Source of the DNA: an uncultured Porticoccus sp.
Lineage (GTDB): Bacteria; Pseudomonadota; Gammaproteobacteria; Pseudomonadales; Porticoccaceae
Direction: 5' to 3'
NCBI GenBank assembly: GCA_963925605.1
Contig: CAWURY010000002.1
Span: 583-64,582 of the forward strand
Length of the DNA: 64,000 bases
The notes beneath the pieces are model-generated. The model saw only the letters and a program-made list of their open reading frames with translations, ran no database searches and was not told the DNA's origin. Below, in pieces: positions 44,221 through 53,586 of the stretch. The number at the start of each line of letters is the position of its first letter. The first letter of the stretch is position 1. Both the position numbers and the translations under genes were made by a program.

Positions 44221-44528
44221 GTTGATGCGTCTCCGAGAAAACAAAGCTTGCTTATTTTATCTTATTATTCTGCTTAGGGCTGTAATTCTGAGAATTAATC
44301 CACTCAGTAGTCTGATGAGTTTATTATGGCTGGGTGTCTAGTAGATAATTTTTTTAAAATTTCTCGCAAAGATAAATCCGTTCACAGCATAAAGTCATTC
44401 AAAAAAATAAGATGCAAGCATAAGCGGCTCTACATGGTTTTAAAAAACAAGGAATGATTTATAGTAACAAGCATATTTCAAGCATTAAACAAACAACAAA
44501 CATAGCCGACTATTTATAGGATGCATGC

Positions 44529-45473
44529 ATGACCAAAACTCTAGGCGTTGTAATGGACTCCATTGAATCAATTAATCCACACAAAGATACCACGCTGCTA
44601 TTACTTCTTGCCGCGCAAAATAGAGGCTGGAAGATTATGTATATGCAGCAACATGATCTATCTCTTGAGAATGAAAATCCAGTTGCCAGAATGTCTCAGC
44701 TGCAAGTCAAAGATCACCAGACAAGGTGGTTTTCTCTAGGGAAGCCAAAACTTGCATCGCTATCAGACCTGAATGTCATTCTTATGCGCAAAGACCCTCC
44801 TTTTGATACTGAATACATCTATACAACTTACATACTTGAAGCAGCAGAGAATTTAGGTGTAATGGTTCTCAACAAGCCTCGAAGCCTTAGGGACTGCAAT
44901 GAAAAAATTTTTGCAGCTTCTTTTCCTCAGTGCGCGCCACCCCTCTTGGTTAGCAGAGATATCAGCCAAATTAAAAATTTTTACAACAAGCATCTTGACA
45001 TTGTCCTTAAGCCCCTTGATGGAATGGGGGGAGCATCTATCTTTAAGATTGGAAAAAATGATCTCAACCTAAACGTTATCATAGAAACACTGACCGATAA
45101 TGGGCGGAAAACCATCATGGCACAAAAATTTATCCCAGAAATAAAATTAGGGGATAAGCGTATTTTGATGATTGAAGGAGAGCCTGTTCCCTATTGCTTG
45201 GCAAGAATTCCACCGGAAGGAGATATTCGAGGCAATCTGGCGGTGGGCGGCAGAGGTTTTGTGCAGCTGCTAAGTGAGCACGATCTTTGGATCGCCAGCC
45301 AAGTAGGGCCAACATTAAAAGAAAAAGGCATCCTATTTGCCGGGCTAGATGTCATTGGTAGCTACTTAACGGAAATCAATATTACCAGCCCCACCTGTGC
45401 CAGAGAAATTGATCGCGAACAACGCACAAATATTGGGGCACAACTACTGGCCGCCATTGAAAAAAATCTATAA
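44529..45473 (+). CDS. gshB: Glutathione synthetase
   Basis: VVMD.I..I...KDTT, MRKDPPFD, KPLDGMGG, GDKR, RGNLAVGG, EIN.TSPT. Confidence 0.96.
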   Translation: MTKTLGVVMDSIESINPHKDTTLLLLLAAQNRGWKIMYMQQHDLSLENENPVARMSQLQVKDHQTRWFSLGKPKLASLSDLNVILMRKDPPFDTEYIYTTYILEAAENLGVMVLNKPRSLRDCNEKIFAASFPQCAPPLLVSRDISQIKNFYNKHLDIVLKPLDGMGGASIFKIGKNDLNLNVIIETLTDNGRKTIMAQKFIPEIKLGDKRILMIEGEPVPYCLARIPPEGDIRGNLAVGGRGFVQLLSEHDLWIASQVGPTLKEKGILFAGLDVIGSYLTEINITSPTCAREIDREQRTNIGAQLLAAIEKNL

Positions 45474-45559
45474 TTTTGATTTTATTCGGGCGGAGGCTAA
45501 GATACTACTAGGAATCAGAAATTTTCTGCCTCACCTAAAACTAGCATAGGAATAAAATC

Positions 45560-46018
45560 ATTACTAAAGAAAGCCTCACTGTCCTAGCTTTTGATTTTGG
45601 TGCGCGCCAAATTGGCGTTGCTGTTGGTCAAACCCCTATAGGGACGGCAAATACATTAACTGTATTACAAGCAAAAAATGGAGTGCCTGATTGGGGCAAA
45701 ATCAAACTACTTCTAGATGAATGGAAACCAAATCAAGTAATTGTAGGGTTGCCCCTGAATATGGATGGAAGTGAGAGTGATTTTTGTATCAGAGCGCGTA
45801 AATTTGCTCGCAGAATACATGGTAAATTTGGAATGAAGGTAGAGATGGTCGATGAGCGCCTTTCTACGTTTGAAGCAAAGCATCAAAATCAACTTAAGCA
45901 TGAAAAAAATAAAAAATATGGCCCAACAAACTATCGCAATAATCCCGTGGATGATCTTGCAGCTGTAATCATCTTGCAAACTTGGCTATCAGAGCCAACC
46001 ATAGCAATTTTACCGTAA
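45560..46018 (+). CDS. yqgF: YqgF/RuvX pre-16S rRNA nuclease (start probably ATT)
   Basis: The frame extends upstream of the tracked GTG 45683 to include VLAFDFGARQIGVAVGQ; also VGLPLNMDG, DERLST, VDDLAA. Confidence 0.9.
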   Translation: MTKESLTVLAFDFGARQIGVAVGQTPIGTANTLTVLQAKNGVPDWGKIKLLLDEWKPNQVIVGLPLNMDGSESDFCIRARKFARRIHGKFGMKVEMVDERLSTFEAKHQNQLKHEKNKKYGPTNYRNNPVDDLAAVIILQTWLSEPTIAILP

Positions 46019-46064
46019 TGCTATACTTGCCACTACAATAGATCTTTGATTTTTAGTCGACCTT

Positions 46065-46766
46065 ATGATTAATATATCTGTCAATTTGAATAATATTCAC
46101 TGCCGCATTCAGCAGGCCCTGGCAACTACAGGTCGCTGCACGAAAGATATTATCCTTGTCGTAGCTAGCAAAGGACAGTCTTCGGGGGCCATAAGAATTG
46201 CATATGCATTAGGACAAAAACACTTTGGAGAAAATTATTTACAAGAGGCCCTTAAAAAACAACGAGAGCTTTCCGACCTATCGGACATATGTTGGCACTT
46301 CATTGGCCCCCTACAGTCTAACAAAGCACGAAAAATAGCAGAAAATTTTGACTGGGTGCACACGATTGATAAAGCAAAAATCGCCGAAAAACTAAGCGCA
46401 TCACGACAAGACAATCAGCTGCCGCTAAACGTCTGCATACAAGTAAACATTAGCGGGGAAGAGAGCAAATCGGGGCTATCAGTTCAAGAGTGCTTTAAAC
46501 TTTCTACTACAGTTGCGGCCCTTCCTCGCTTAAATCTTAGAGGCTTAATGACAATACCTCAAAACAATGCAGCAGAGGCGGAACAAAAGAAACACTTCAA
46601 AGCTATGTCGAACCTGCTTGTGAGGGTCAGGGGTAGCTCCCCTCAGCTGGCAACACTAGATACACTTTCCATGGGGATGTCATCTGACCTTGAGGCGGCT
46701 CTCCAAGAAGGGGCAACAATTATTAGGGTGGGCTCAGCCATTTTTGGCCCTAGAAGATCATCATAA
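46065..46766 (+). CDS. yggS: PLP homeostasis protein
   Basis: VASK, FGENYLQE, WHFIGPLQSNK, GLMTIP, LSMGMS.D, RVGSAIFG. Confidence 0.95.
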   Translation: MINISVNLNNIHCRIQQALATTGRCTKDIILVVASKGQSSGAIRIAYALGQKHFGENYLQEALKKQRELSDLSDICWHFIGPLQSNKARKIAENFDWVHTIDKAKIAEKLSASRQDNQLPLNVCIQVNISGEESKSGLSVQECFKLSTTVAALPRLNLRGLMTIPQNNAAEAEQKKHFKAMSNLLVRVRGSSPQLATLDTLSMGMSSDLEAALQEGATIIRVGSAIFGPRRSS

Positions 46767-46803
46767 CAACCCACAACGGATTTTAATTACCAAGGAGGCA
46801 CTT

Positions 46804-47619
46804 GTGAGCAGGCCAAAAATAGCATTTATAGGTGGTGGCAACATGGCAACTAGCTTAATAAGTGGAATTTTAGACGAAGGGTACCCCTCAAGTCATATTA
46901 CTGTTAGCGGGCCCACGGAAGAGAAGCTTTTTCGCCTAAACCAAAAATTTGGAATTAACACTACGACAGATAATTCTATCGCCGCTGCCGGCGCAGAAAT
47001 AATACTGCTTTCAGTCAAACCTAAAATGGTAAAACCAGTCTCTTTGGAACTATCTGCCTTTTTAAAGCATCGACCACTCGTAATTTCGGTTGCTGCAGGT
47101 ATCCCCCTGCTTTCCTTGCAAAAATGGCTAGGGACAGGTGTTCCTGTTATTAGGTGCATGCCCAACACCCCAGCGCTTGTTCAAACTGGTGCAACGGGAT
47201 TATTTGCTGACACGGATGTTAGCTCTGAGCAGTGCGCCTTAGCCACTGAAATTTTCAATGCTGTTGGGGTCTGCTGTTGGCTCGAAAAAGAGGAGGACCT
47301 TGATGTGGTTACGGCGGTTTCTGGAAGTGCCCCCGCCTATTTCTTTCTTTTTATGGAGGCTATGGAGAAAACTGCCATAGAGCTCGGCCTAAGCCAAGAG
47401 GTTGCTCGAAAATTAATCTTGCAAACTGCATTAGGGGCGGCAAAAATGGCTATTGAGAATGGCGCAGAGCCAGCAGAATTACGTCGACGTGTTACTTCCC
47501 CGGCTGGCACTACTGAAGCTGCTATTAACACATTCCTTGAAGGGGATATTTTAGGGTTATTCGACAAAGCAATGGCTAGCTGCGTTAGACGAGCAAAAGA
47601 GCTGGCACAAGAAGCATGA
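46804..47619 (+). CDS. proC: Pyrroline-5-carboxylate reductase
   Basis: GTG after an AAGGAGG Shine-Dalgarno; FIGGGNMA, RCMPNTP, SGSAPAY, VTSPAGTT. Confidence 0.96.
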   Translation: MSRPKIAFIGGGNMATSLISGILDEGYPSSHITVSGPTEEKLFRLNQKFGINTTTDNSIAAAGAEIILLSVKPKMVKPVSLELSAFLKHRPLVISVAAGIPLLSLQKWLGTGVPVIRCMPNTPALVQTGATGLFADTDVSSEQCALATEIFNAVGVCCWLEKEEDLDVVTAVSGSAPAYFFLFMEAMEKTAIELGLSQEVARKLILQTALGAAKMAIENGAEPAELRRRVTSPAGTTEAAINTFLEGDILGLFDKAMASCVRRAKELAQEA

Positions 47620-47674
47620 GGCTAGCCCGCTAATCGCTAAAAATTTATTAACACAACTAACGGACAAGCAGGCC

Positions 47675-48262
47675 ATGACTACACTTACTCCACTCGCAAC
47701 ACATTTAGTGCAAACCCTAGGGAGCGTTTATTTAACTTTAGTGATATTGCGTTTCTTGCTGCAGTTAGTTAAAGCAGATTTTTATAACCCTATTTCTATG
47801 TTTATCGTTAAAGCCACCCGACTACCAAGTGGTGCTATACGTGTTTTTTTGCCACCGTTTCGCTCATGTGACCCTGCCAGTCTAGTGCTGGCTTTACTGG
47901 TTCAATGGCTAATCATACAGCTAACATATACAATTAATGGTGCAGGCATGGTTAATATCTTTATGGCTCTTGCTTGGGGTCTAGTGGGTACGCTGTCTGT
48001 ATTTCTAAATATTTATCTCTATGGGTTGTTGGCCACGATTGTTATCAGCTGGGTAGCTCCACAGAGCCAGCATCCGGCTATAGTGCTGATGCAGCAAATC
48101 ATTTCCCCGGTAATGGAGCCATTTAGGCGCATTCTTCCATCTTTTGGAGCTATAGACTTGTCGCCGATGCTTTTATTTTTGGTCCTTAATATGCTGGAGT
48201 TTTTTCTTCATGGGATAGCCAGTTTCCTCCTGCTCCCAACGCGCATAGTTGCCGGCATATAG
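47675..48262 (+). CDS. yggT: YggT membrane protein
   Basis: LRFLLQLVKADFYNPIS, SWVAP, GAIDLSP; follows proC. Confidence 0.92.
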   Translation: MTTLTPLATHLVQTLGSVYLTLVILRFLLQLVKADFYNPISMFIVKATRLPSGAIRVFLPPFRSCDPASLVLALLVQWLIIQLTYTINGAGMVNIFMALAWGLVGTLSVFLNIYLYGLLATIVISWVAPQSQHPAIVLMQQIISPVMEPFRRILPSFGAIDLSPMLLFLVLNMLEFFLHGIASFLLLPTRIVAGI

Positions 48263-48269
48263 CCACTAA

Positions 48270-48992
48270 TTAGCTTTCAGATAGTGCGGCTTGCTGTAGC
48301 TCCAGTAACTCATTGATGCCGCTTTTGGCCAAAGCTAACATTTTGTCAAGCTGGTCTTGAGCAAAAGGAGCTCCTTCCGCGGTTCCCTGAATCTCAATAA
48401 ATCCTCCATCGCTATTCATCACAATGTTCATGTCAGTTTCAGCCTTGGAGTCTTCGGCATAATCCAGGTCTAATACCGGCGTTCCGTTGTAAATACCCAC
48501 CGATACAGAGGCAATCATTCCAATCAAAGGGCTTTCCTGAATCTTGCCTGTCTCTTTTAAATAACTAACAGCATCCATTAGCGCGACACAGGCGCCAGTG
48601 ATCGAAGCTGTTCGTGTTCCGCCATCAGCCTGAATAACATCGCAGTCTATCTTAATGGTATTTTCGCCCAAAATTTTGAGATCAATAGCTGCTCTTAATG
48701 AGCGGCCAATCAATCTTTGAATTTCTTGGGTTCTTCCGGACTGCTTGCCTCGACTGGACTCTCTATCCATTCTTGAGTTTGTTGAACGAGGGAGCATGCC
48801 ATACTCTGCTGTAATCCATCCCTGGCCTTTGCCTCGAAGGAAATATGGAACGGAATTCTCGACACTAGCCGTACAAATGACTTTAGTGTCGCCAAACTCA
48901 ATCAGCACCGACCCTTCAGCGTGTTTAGTATAGTTACGAGTAATAGTTACATTGCGTAGTTGGTCTGTAGAGCGGCCACTAGGTCGAGACAT
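48270..48992 (-). CDS. rph: Ribonuclease PH
   Basis: [44 protein letters not shown]. Confidence 0.97.
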   Translation of the reverse strand: MSRPSGRSTDQLRNVTITRNYTKHAEGSVLIEFGDTKVICTASVENSVPYFLRGKGQGWITAEYGMLPRSTNSRMDRESSRGKQSGRTQEIQRLIGRSLRAAIDLKILGENTIKIDCDVIQADGGTRTASITGACVALMDAVSYLKETGKIQESPLIGMIASVSVGIYNGTPVLDLDYAEDSKAETDMNIVMNSDGGFIEIQGTAEGAPFAQDQLDKMLALAKSGINELLELQQAALSES

Positions 48993-49099
48993 ATTGATTG
49001 CTTCCTGAGAAAATGGGGTGTCATTTTAGCTGATTTCTTCAGCTTATGTGACACCATGTTAATATATGCGTCAATTTTTTATTTTTACGGACACTAAAG

Positions 49100-49963
49100 A
49101 TGACTAATAGTATGACTGCTTTTGCAAGCAAGTCTGTGCAATGCGAATGGGGAGCGGCTGTTTGGGAATTACGCTCTGTTAACCACCGCTATCTAGACGC
49201 ACATTTTCGTATACCCGAATCAGTCCGCGAGCTTGAGATGACATTACGAGAACTTTGCAAAAAACATCTTGAGAGGGGGAAGATAGATTGCGTGTTGCAA
49301 ATAAACACCATTCAAACAGCTGGGAAAGTAACTATAAATCAATCAATAGCAGGAGAATGCATATCTGCATGCGAGGCCCTAGCAGCTAGAATAAGTGATG
49401 CTGCAAAAATTTCCCCTTTTGATATTCTGCGATGGCCGGGAGTAATTAAAGAAACAGAGGCGGACAATCGCGATCTAAATAAAATATTGGTGGCTCTTTT
49501 TGAAGAAACCCTAGTAGAGCTCAAAGGGAGCCGACAGAGAGAGGGGAGCAAGCTCCAGCTTCTGATTGAGCAGCGTCTTAGGGCTATTGCGGAGGAGGTT
49601 GGCAATGTTCGTCAACAAATTCCGCTTCTGCTAGAGGCGCGAAGAAAAAAAATTATAGACAAATTTCATGAGATATCGCTAAATCTTGACGGGGAACGTC
49701 TTGAGCAAGAACTAGTAATGCTTGCGCAAAAAGCTGATGTAGAGGAAGAGCTCGATAGACTAGATACCCATTTAGTCGAGATAGATCATATTTTTAAACG
49801 CCAAGAGCCTATTGGAAGAAGGCTAGATTTTCTGATGCAGGAGCTGAACCGCGAGGCCAATACGCTTGGCTCAAAATCTATTGGAAGCGACACGACTCAA
49901 TCTTCAATAGAACTAAAGGTACTGATAGAACAAATGCGAGAGCAGATTCAAAATATTGAATAG
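49100..49963 (+). CDS. yicC: YicC/YloC endoribonuclease
   Basis: SMTAFA, SVNHRYLD, EELDRL..H, GRRLDFLMQELNREANT, EQIQNIE. Confidence 0.95.
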   Translation: MTNSMTAFASKSVQCEWGAAVWELRSVNHRYLDAHFRIPESVRELEMTLRELCKKHLERGKIDCVLQINTIQTAGKVTINQSIAGECISACEALAARISDAAKISPFDILRWPGVIKETEADNRDLNKILVALFEETLVELKGSRQREGSKLQLLIEQRLRAIAEEVGNVRQQIPLLLEARRKKIIDKFHEISLNLDGERLEQELVMLAQKADVEEELDRLDTHLVEIDHIFKRQEPIGRRLDFLMQELNREANTLGSKSIGSDTTQSSIELKVLIEQMREQIQNIE

Positions 49964-50006
49964 TCTAATTTATTAAAAAATTTAAGAATGAAAGGAAATA
50001 TATTCA

Positions 50007-50624
50007 ATGTCTAACAAAGGGACCCTCTATATAGTTTCTGCCCCCTCTGGGGCTGGAAAAACAAGCCTGGTAAGCGCTCTGTTAAAAAAAATGCCTAATT
50101 TGCATGCTTCCGTTTCTCATACAACTCGTGCAATGAGGCCAGGAGAAAAAGAAGGCGTAGACTATTATTTTGTCGATCAAGCAGCCTTTCTTGCTTTAAT
50201 TGACGAACAAGCTTTTCTTGAGCACGCTCAGGTATTCAATCATTTTTATGGCACCTCTCAAAAGTGGGTACAACAGGCCCTCTTGGGCGGAGCAGATGTT
50301 ATTCTTGAGATTGACTGGCAAGGGGCTGCGCAGATTCGTCAGCTTCTGCCTGACTGCATCAGTATTTTCGTTGTACCTCCATCACTTAATACGCTTGAGG
50401 AGAGGCTAACAAGTCGTGGGCAGGATGCCTCGGTTGTCATAAAGCGCCGCTTATCAGCGGCCAAAGAAGAAATTTCTCATTTCAAAGAAGCTGATTATTT
50501 AATTATTAATGATGGTTTTAGTGAAGCGCTCAATGATATTGGCTCTATTATTTTAAGCAAACGATTGAGACTTCCGCGGCAAGAACAAAAATATGCCTCA
50601 CTGCTCAAGGATTTGTTGTCCTGA
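50007..50624 (+). CDS. gmk: Guanylate kinase
   Basis: SAPSGAGKTSL, SHTTR..RPGE, EIDWQGA. Confidence 0.97.
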   Translation: MSNKGTLYIVSAPSGAGKTSLVSALLKKMPNLHASVSHTTRAMRPGEKEGVDYYFVDQAAFLALIDEQAFLEHAQVFNHFYGTSQKWVQQALLGGADVILEIDWQGAAQIRQLLPDCISIFVVPPSLNTLEERLTSRGQDASVVIKRRLSAAKEEISHFKEADYLIINDGFSEALNDIGSIILSKRLRLPRQEQKYASLLKDLLS

Positions 50625-50712
50625 AACCAGCAATTTTGTACACTAGGGGGCCCTGTATTTAATACAGAACTTCTTTGCTACCCAAGAAGCAACCAACCAA
50701 ACGGAACAGCAC

Positions 50713-51057
50713 ATGGCCAGAATTACTGTAGAAGATTGCCTGAAGAACGTAGACAACCGCTTTGAGCTTGTTATGGTTAGCTCTAAACGTGCCCGTCAGT
50801 TAGCTCTAGGCTCTAAAAAACCTTTAGTTCCCTGGGAAAACGACAAGCCCACCGTAGTGGCTTTGCGGGAAATTGAAGCGGGTCTCATAACAGCAGACAT
50901 CCTAATAGAAAAAAAGAAGTCTGCTGATTTTACAATAGAAGCTGTAGGCACAGAAGAAGCAGAAATAATAACTGCCGGCGAAGGTGTTTCTATAGCTGAA
51001 GCGGTGTCTTCACCAGAAAACACCTCTGCAGTTGTTACAACTACAACAGAAGAGTAG
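50713..51057 (+). CDS. rpoZ: RNA polymerase omega subunit
   Basis: [33 protein letters not shown]. Confidence 0.96.
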   Translation: MARITVEDCLKNVDNRFELVMVSSKRARQLALGSKKPLVPWENDKPTVVALREIEAGLITADILIEKKKSADFTIEAVGTEEAEIITAGEGVSIAEAVSSPENTSAVVTTTTEE

Positions 51058-51078
51058 CTTCATGCGGGGGAAGAAGTC

Positions 51079-53190
51079 TTGGTAGCTTTTTTGGTCGCCG
51101 AAGCCTTTGGCAAAAAAATTTCCTCTTATCTCGCAGAAAATCAAGTCCACGGTGTCCTGAAAGCTTACGAGTTTGCTGAACAATGCCACAAAAACCAGCT
51201 AAGGCAAAGCGGCGAGCCATACATTACTCATCCGCTTGCTGTAGCTATCATTCTCGCAGAGATGCATCTTGATCATGAAGGACTTATGGCAGCCTTGTTG
51301 CATGATGTGCTCGAAGATACCCATGTTGGCAAAAAAGAGCTCGCGGATCGCTTTGGAAACACTGTTGCCGAACTAGTAGACGGCGTCAGCAAACTAAGTG
51401 AGATTGAGTTTACCTCGAAAGCCGAAAGACAAGCCGAAAGTTTTCAAAAAATGACCCTAGCTATGTCGAAAGATATTCGCGTATTGTTAATAAAGCTGGC
51501 TGATCGACTGCATAATATGAGAACTATTCACGGCTTAAGCCCAGAAAAGCGCCGCAGAATTTCCAGAGAAACATTAGATATTTATGCTCCTATTGCTCAA
51601 CGATTAGGAATTAACAACCTCAGGCTTGAATTTGAAGAGTTAGGGTTTTCCTCCATGTATCCGGTTAGGTATAAACGGATGCTAGAGGCTCGTAAAACTG
51701 CGCGCGGCCCTCGCCGAGAAATTGTTAAAGAAATTCAAAATGGGATTGAGGTGAGACTAAATAAGGAATCTATTGGAGCAGAGGTGACAGGTCGCGAAAA
51801 ACATCTCTGGAGCATCTACAAAAAGATGAAATCCAAAAAAAAATCCTTTCGAGATATCATGGATGTCTTCGCATTTCGTATTGTGGTTGATTCTGTAGAT
51901 GATTGTTATCGCACATTAGGTGTCATACACAACCTATTTAAACCAGTGGCAGGTGAGTTCAAGGACTATATTGCCATTCCTAAAGTCAATGGATACCAAT
52001 CTCTCCATAACGTCCTAATAGGAACGCATGGTGTGCTTATTGAAATCCAAATAAGAACACGGGACATGGATGCTATGGCAAATTTTGGTGTTGCTGCGCA
52101 TTGGCTTTATAAGTCTCAGCAAGAAGGAAATCCAAGGGCTTATCGATGGATTCAAGGGCTGCTTGACATACAAAAGCAAGCCGGCAATTCTTTAGAATTT
52201 ATTGAGCATGTAAAAACTGACTTATTTCCAGACGAGGTGTATGTGTTCACAACTAAGGGCGACATTATCTCCCTGCCTCATGGGGCGACGCCGGTCGATT
52301 TTGCCTATGCGGTGCACACGGACTTAGGTAATACTTGTGTTGCCTGCAAAAGCAATGGTGACTTAATTCCGCTTTCGACACGCCTAGAAAGCGGGGTAAG
52401 GCTTCAAATCATCACCGCTAAAAACGCCCAGCCTAACCCTTCTTGGCTCAATTTTGTTATGACCGCCAAGGCCAGAAGCGCTATTCGTCATTTCCTTAAA
52501 TATCAACAGCACGAAGAATCTGTAATATTGGGAAAAACTCTTCTCGATAGAGCGCTTGGCAGTTTCGACACGAACTACAAAAGTATTCGTAAGTCTTGGA
52601 TAAAAAGAGCGCTGGTGGAAACAGGTTGCGCTTCGTTTGAAGAAATTCTGCAGCAAATTGGCTTGGGAAACCGCATGGCGTATGCGCTGGCTAATCTTAT
52701 GGCCCCCCCATCTATGCGAAAAGATAGCATTCCTGAAGAATTCGAATCACCAATTATGATTGATACCCGAGAAGGATTGATTATAAATTATGCAAGATGC
52801 TGCCACCCTATACCTGGAGATTCCATTTTAGGCCACCTTAGTCCTGGCAAAGGACTTGTAGTCCACCTTGATAGCTGTAAAAATCTTAATGAAATTCGTA
52901 CTAATATTGAAAAATGCATACCACTCAATTGGTCGCTCAAAGCAAAAGGTGATTTTGCTGTGGCATTTAAAGTTCAACTGGTCTCTGAGAGGGGGATTAT
53001 TGCCACGCTCGCATCACGCATTTCAGCGTGCGAAGCAGCAATACTCAAAATTCAAACAGACGAAAAGGACGGGGATTCCAGTATTGTCGACTTGTTAATT
53101 GAAGTTAAAGGTCGACTACACCTCGCTCAAGTTATTAGGCGCATAAGACTATTGAAACAAGTACAGCGGGTATACCGCACTAAAAACTGA
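51079..53190 (+). CDS. spoT: (p)ppGpp synthetase/hydrolase
   Basis: R.SGEPYITHP, HDVLED (HD), KLADRLHNMRT, YQSLH, TGS DFAYAVHT, CCHP.PGD, ACT domain; follows rpoZ. Confidence 0.95.
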   Translation: MVAFLVAEAFGKKISSYLAENQVHGVLKAYEFAEQCHKNQLRQSGEPYITHPLAVAIILAEMHLDHEGLMAALLHDVLEDTHVGKKELADRFGNTVAELVDGVSKLSEIEFTSKAERQAESFQKMTLAMSKDIRVLLIKLADRLHNMRTIHGLSPEKRRRISRETLDIYAPIAQRLGINNLRLEFEELGFSSMYPVRYKRMLEARKTARGPRREIVKEIQNGIEVRLNKESIGAEVTGREKHLWSIYKKMKSKKKSFRDIMDVFAFRIVVDSVDDCYRTLGVIHNLFKPVAGEFKDYIAIPKVNGYQSLHNVLIGTHGVLIEIQIRTRDMDAMANFGVAAHWLYKSQQEGNPRAYRWIQGLLDIQKQAGNSLEFIEHVKTDLFPDEVYVFTTKGDIISLPHGATPVDFAYAVHTDLGNTCVACKSNGDLIPLSTRLESGVRLQIITAKNAQPNPSWLNFVMTAKARSAIRHFLKYQQHEESVILGKTLLDRALGSFDTNYKSIRKSWIKRALVETGCASFEEILQQIGLGNRMAYALANLMAPPSMRKDSIPEEFESPIMIDTREGLIINYARCCHPIPGDSILGHLSPGKGLVVHLDSCKNLNEIRTNIEKCIPLNWSLKAKGDFAVAFKVQLVSERGIIATLASRISACEAAILKIQTDEKDGDSSIVDLLIEVKGRLHLAQVIRRIRLLKQVQRVYRTKN

Positions 53191-53202
53191 AGAGGCAACC
53201 CG

Positions 53203-53586
53203 ATGATAAATAAGGCCATAATTAACACAGAAAAAGCCCCCGCAGCCATTGGCACATACTCGCAGGCAATCAAGGTAAATAACACCGTCTACTTGTCTGG
53301 GCAAATTCCACTAGATCCTAAAACTATGACTATTGCCAAAGGTGGTATAGGGGCTGAAATAGAGCAGGTGTTTGTAAACCTTGCTGCCGTTTGTGAAGCG
53401 GCAGGTGGATCTCTAAAAAATATTGTAAAGTTAAATATTTATCTCACCAACCTAAACGATTTTTCTACAATTAACAACACTATGGCGCGCCATTTTGATC
53501 AACCTTATCCGGCCAGAGCAGTAATTGGAGTAAGCGCGTTACCAAAAAATTCTGCTGTTGAAATGGATGCCATTATGGTGATTTAG
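53203..53586 (+). CDS. RidA family enamine deaminase
   Basis: APAAIGTYSQA, SGQIPL, PYPARA, VEMDA. Confidence 0.93.
   Translation: MINKAIINTEKAPAAIGTYSQAIKVNNTVYLSGQIPLDPKTMTIAKGGIGAEIEQVFVNLAAVCEAAGGSLKNIVKLNIYLTNLNDFSTINNTMARHFDQPYPARAVIGVSALPKNSAVEMDAIMVI

Noticed and set aside
44245-44528. Possible pilG/pilH remnants upstream of the PilJ-like gene
   Set aside because: I could not recognise any receiver-domain fragments by eye; tblastn would be needed.
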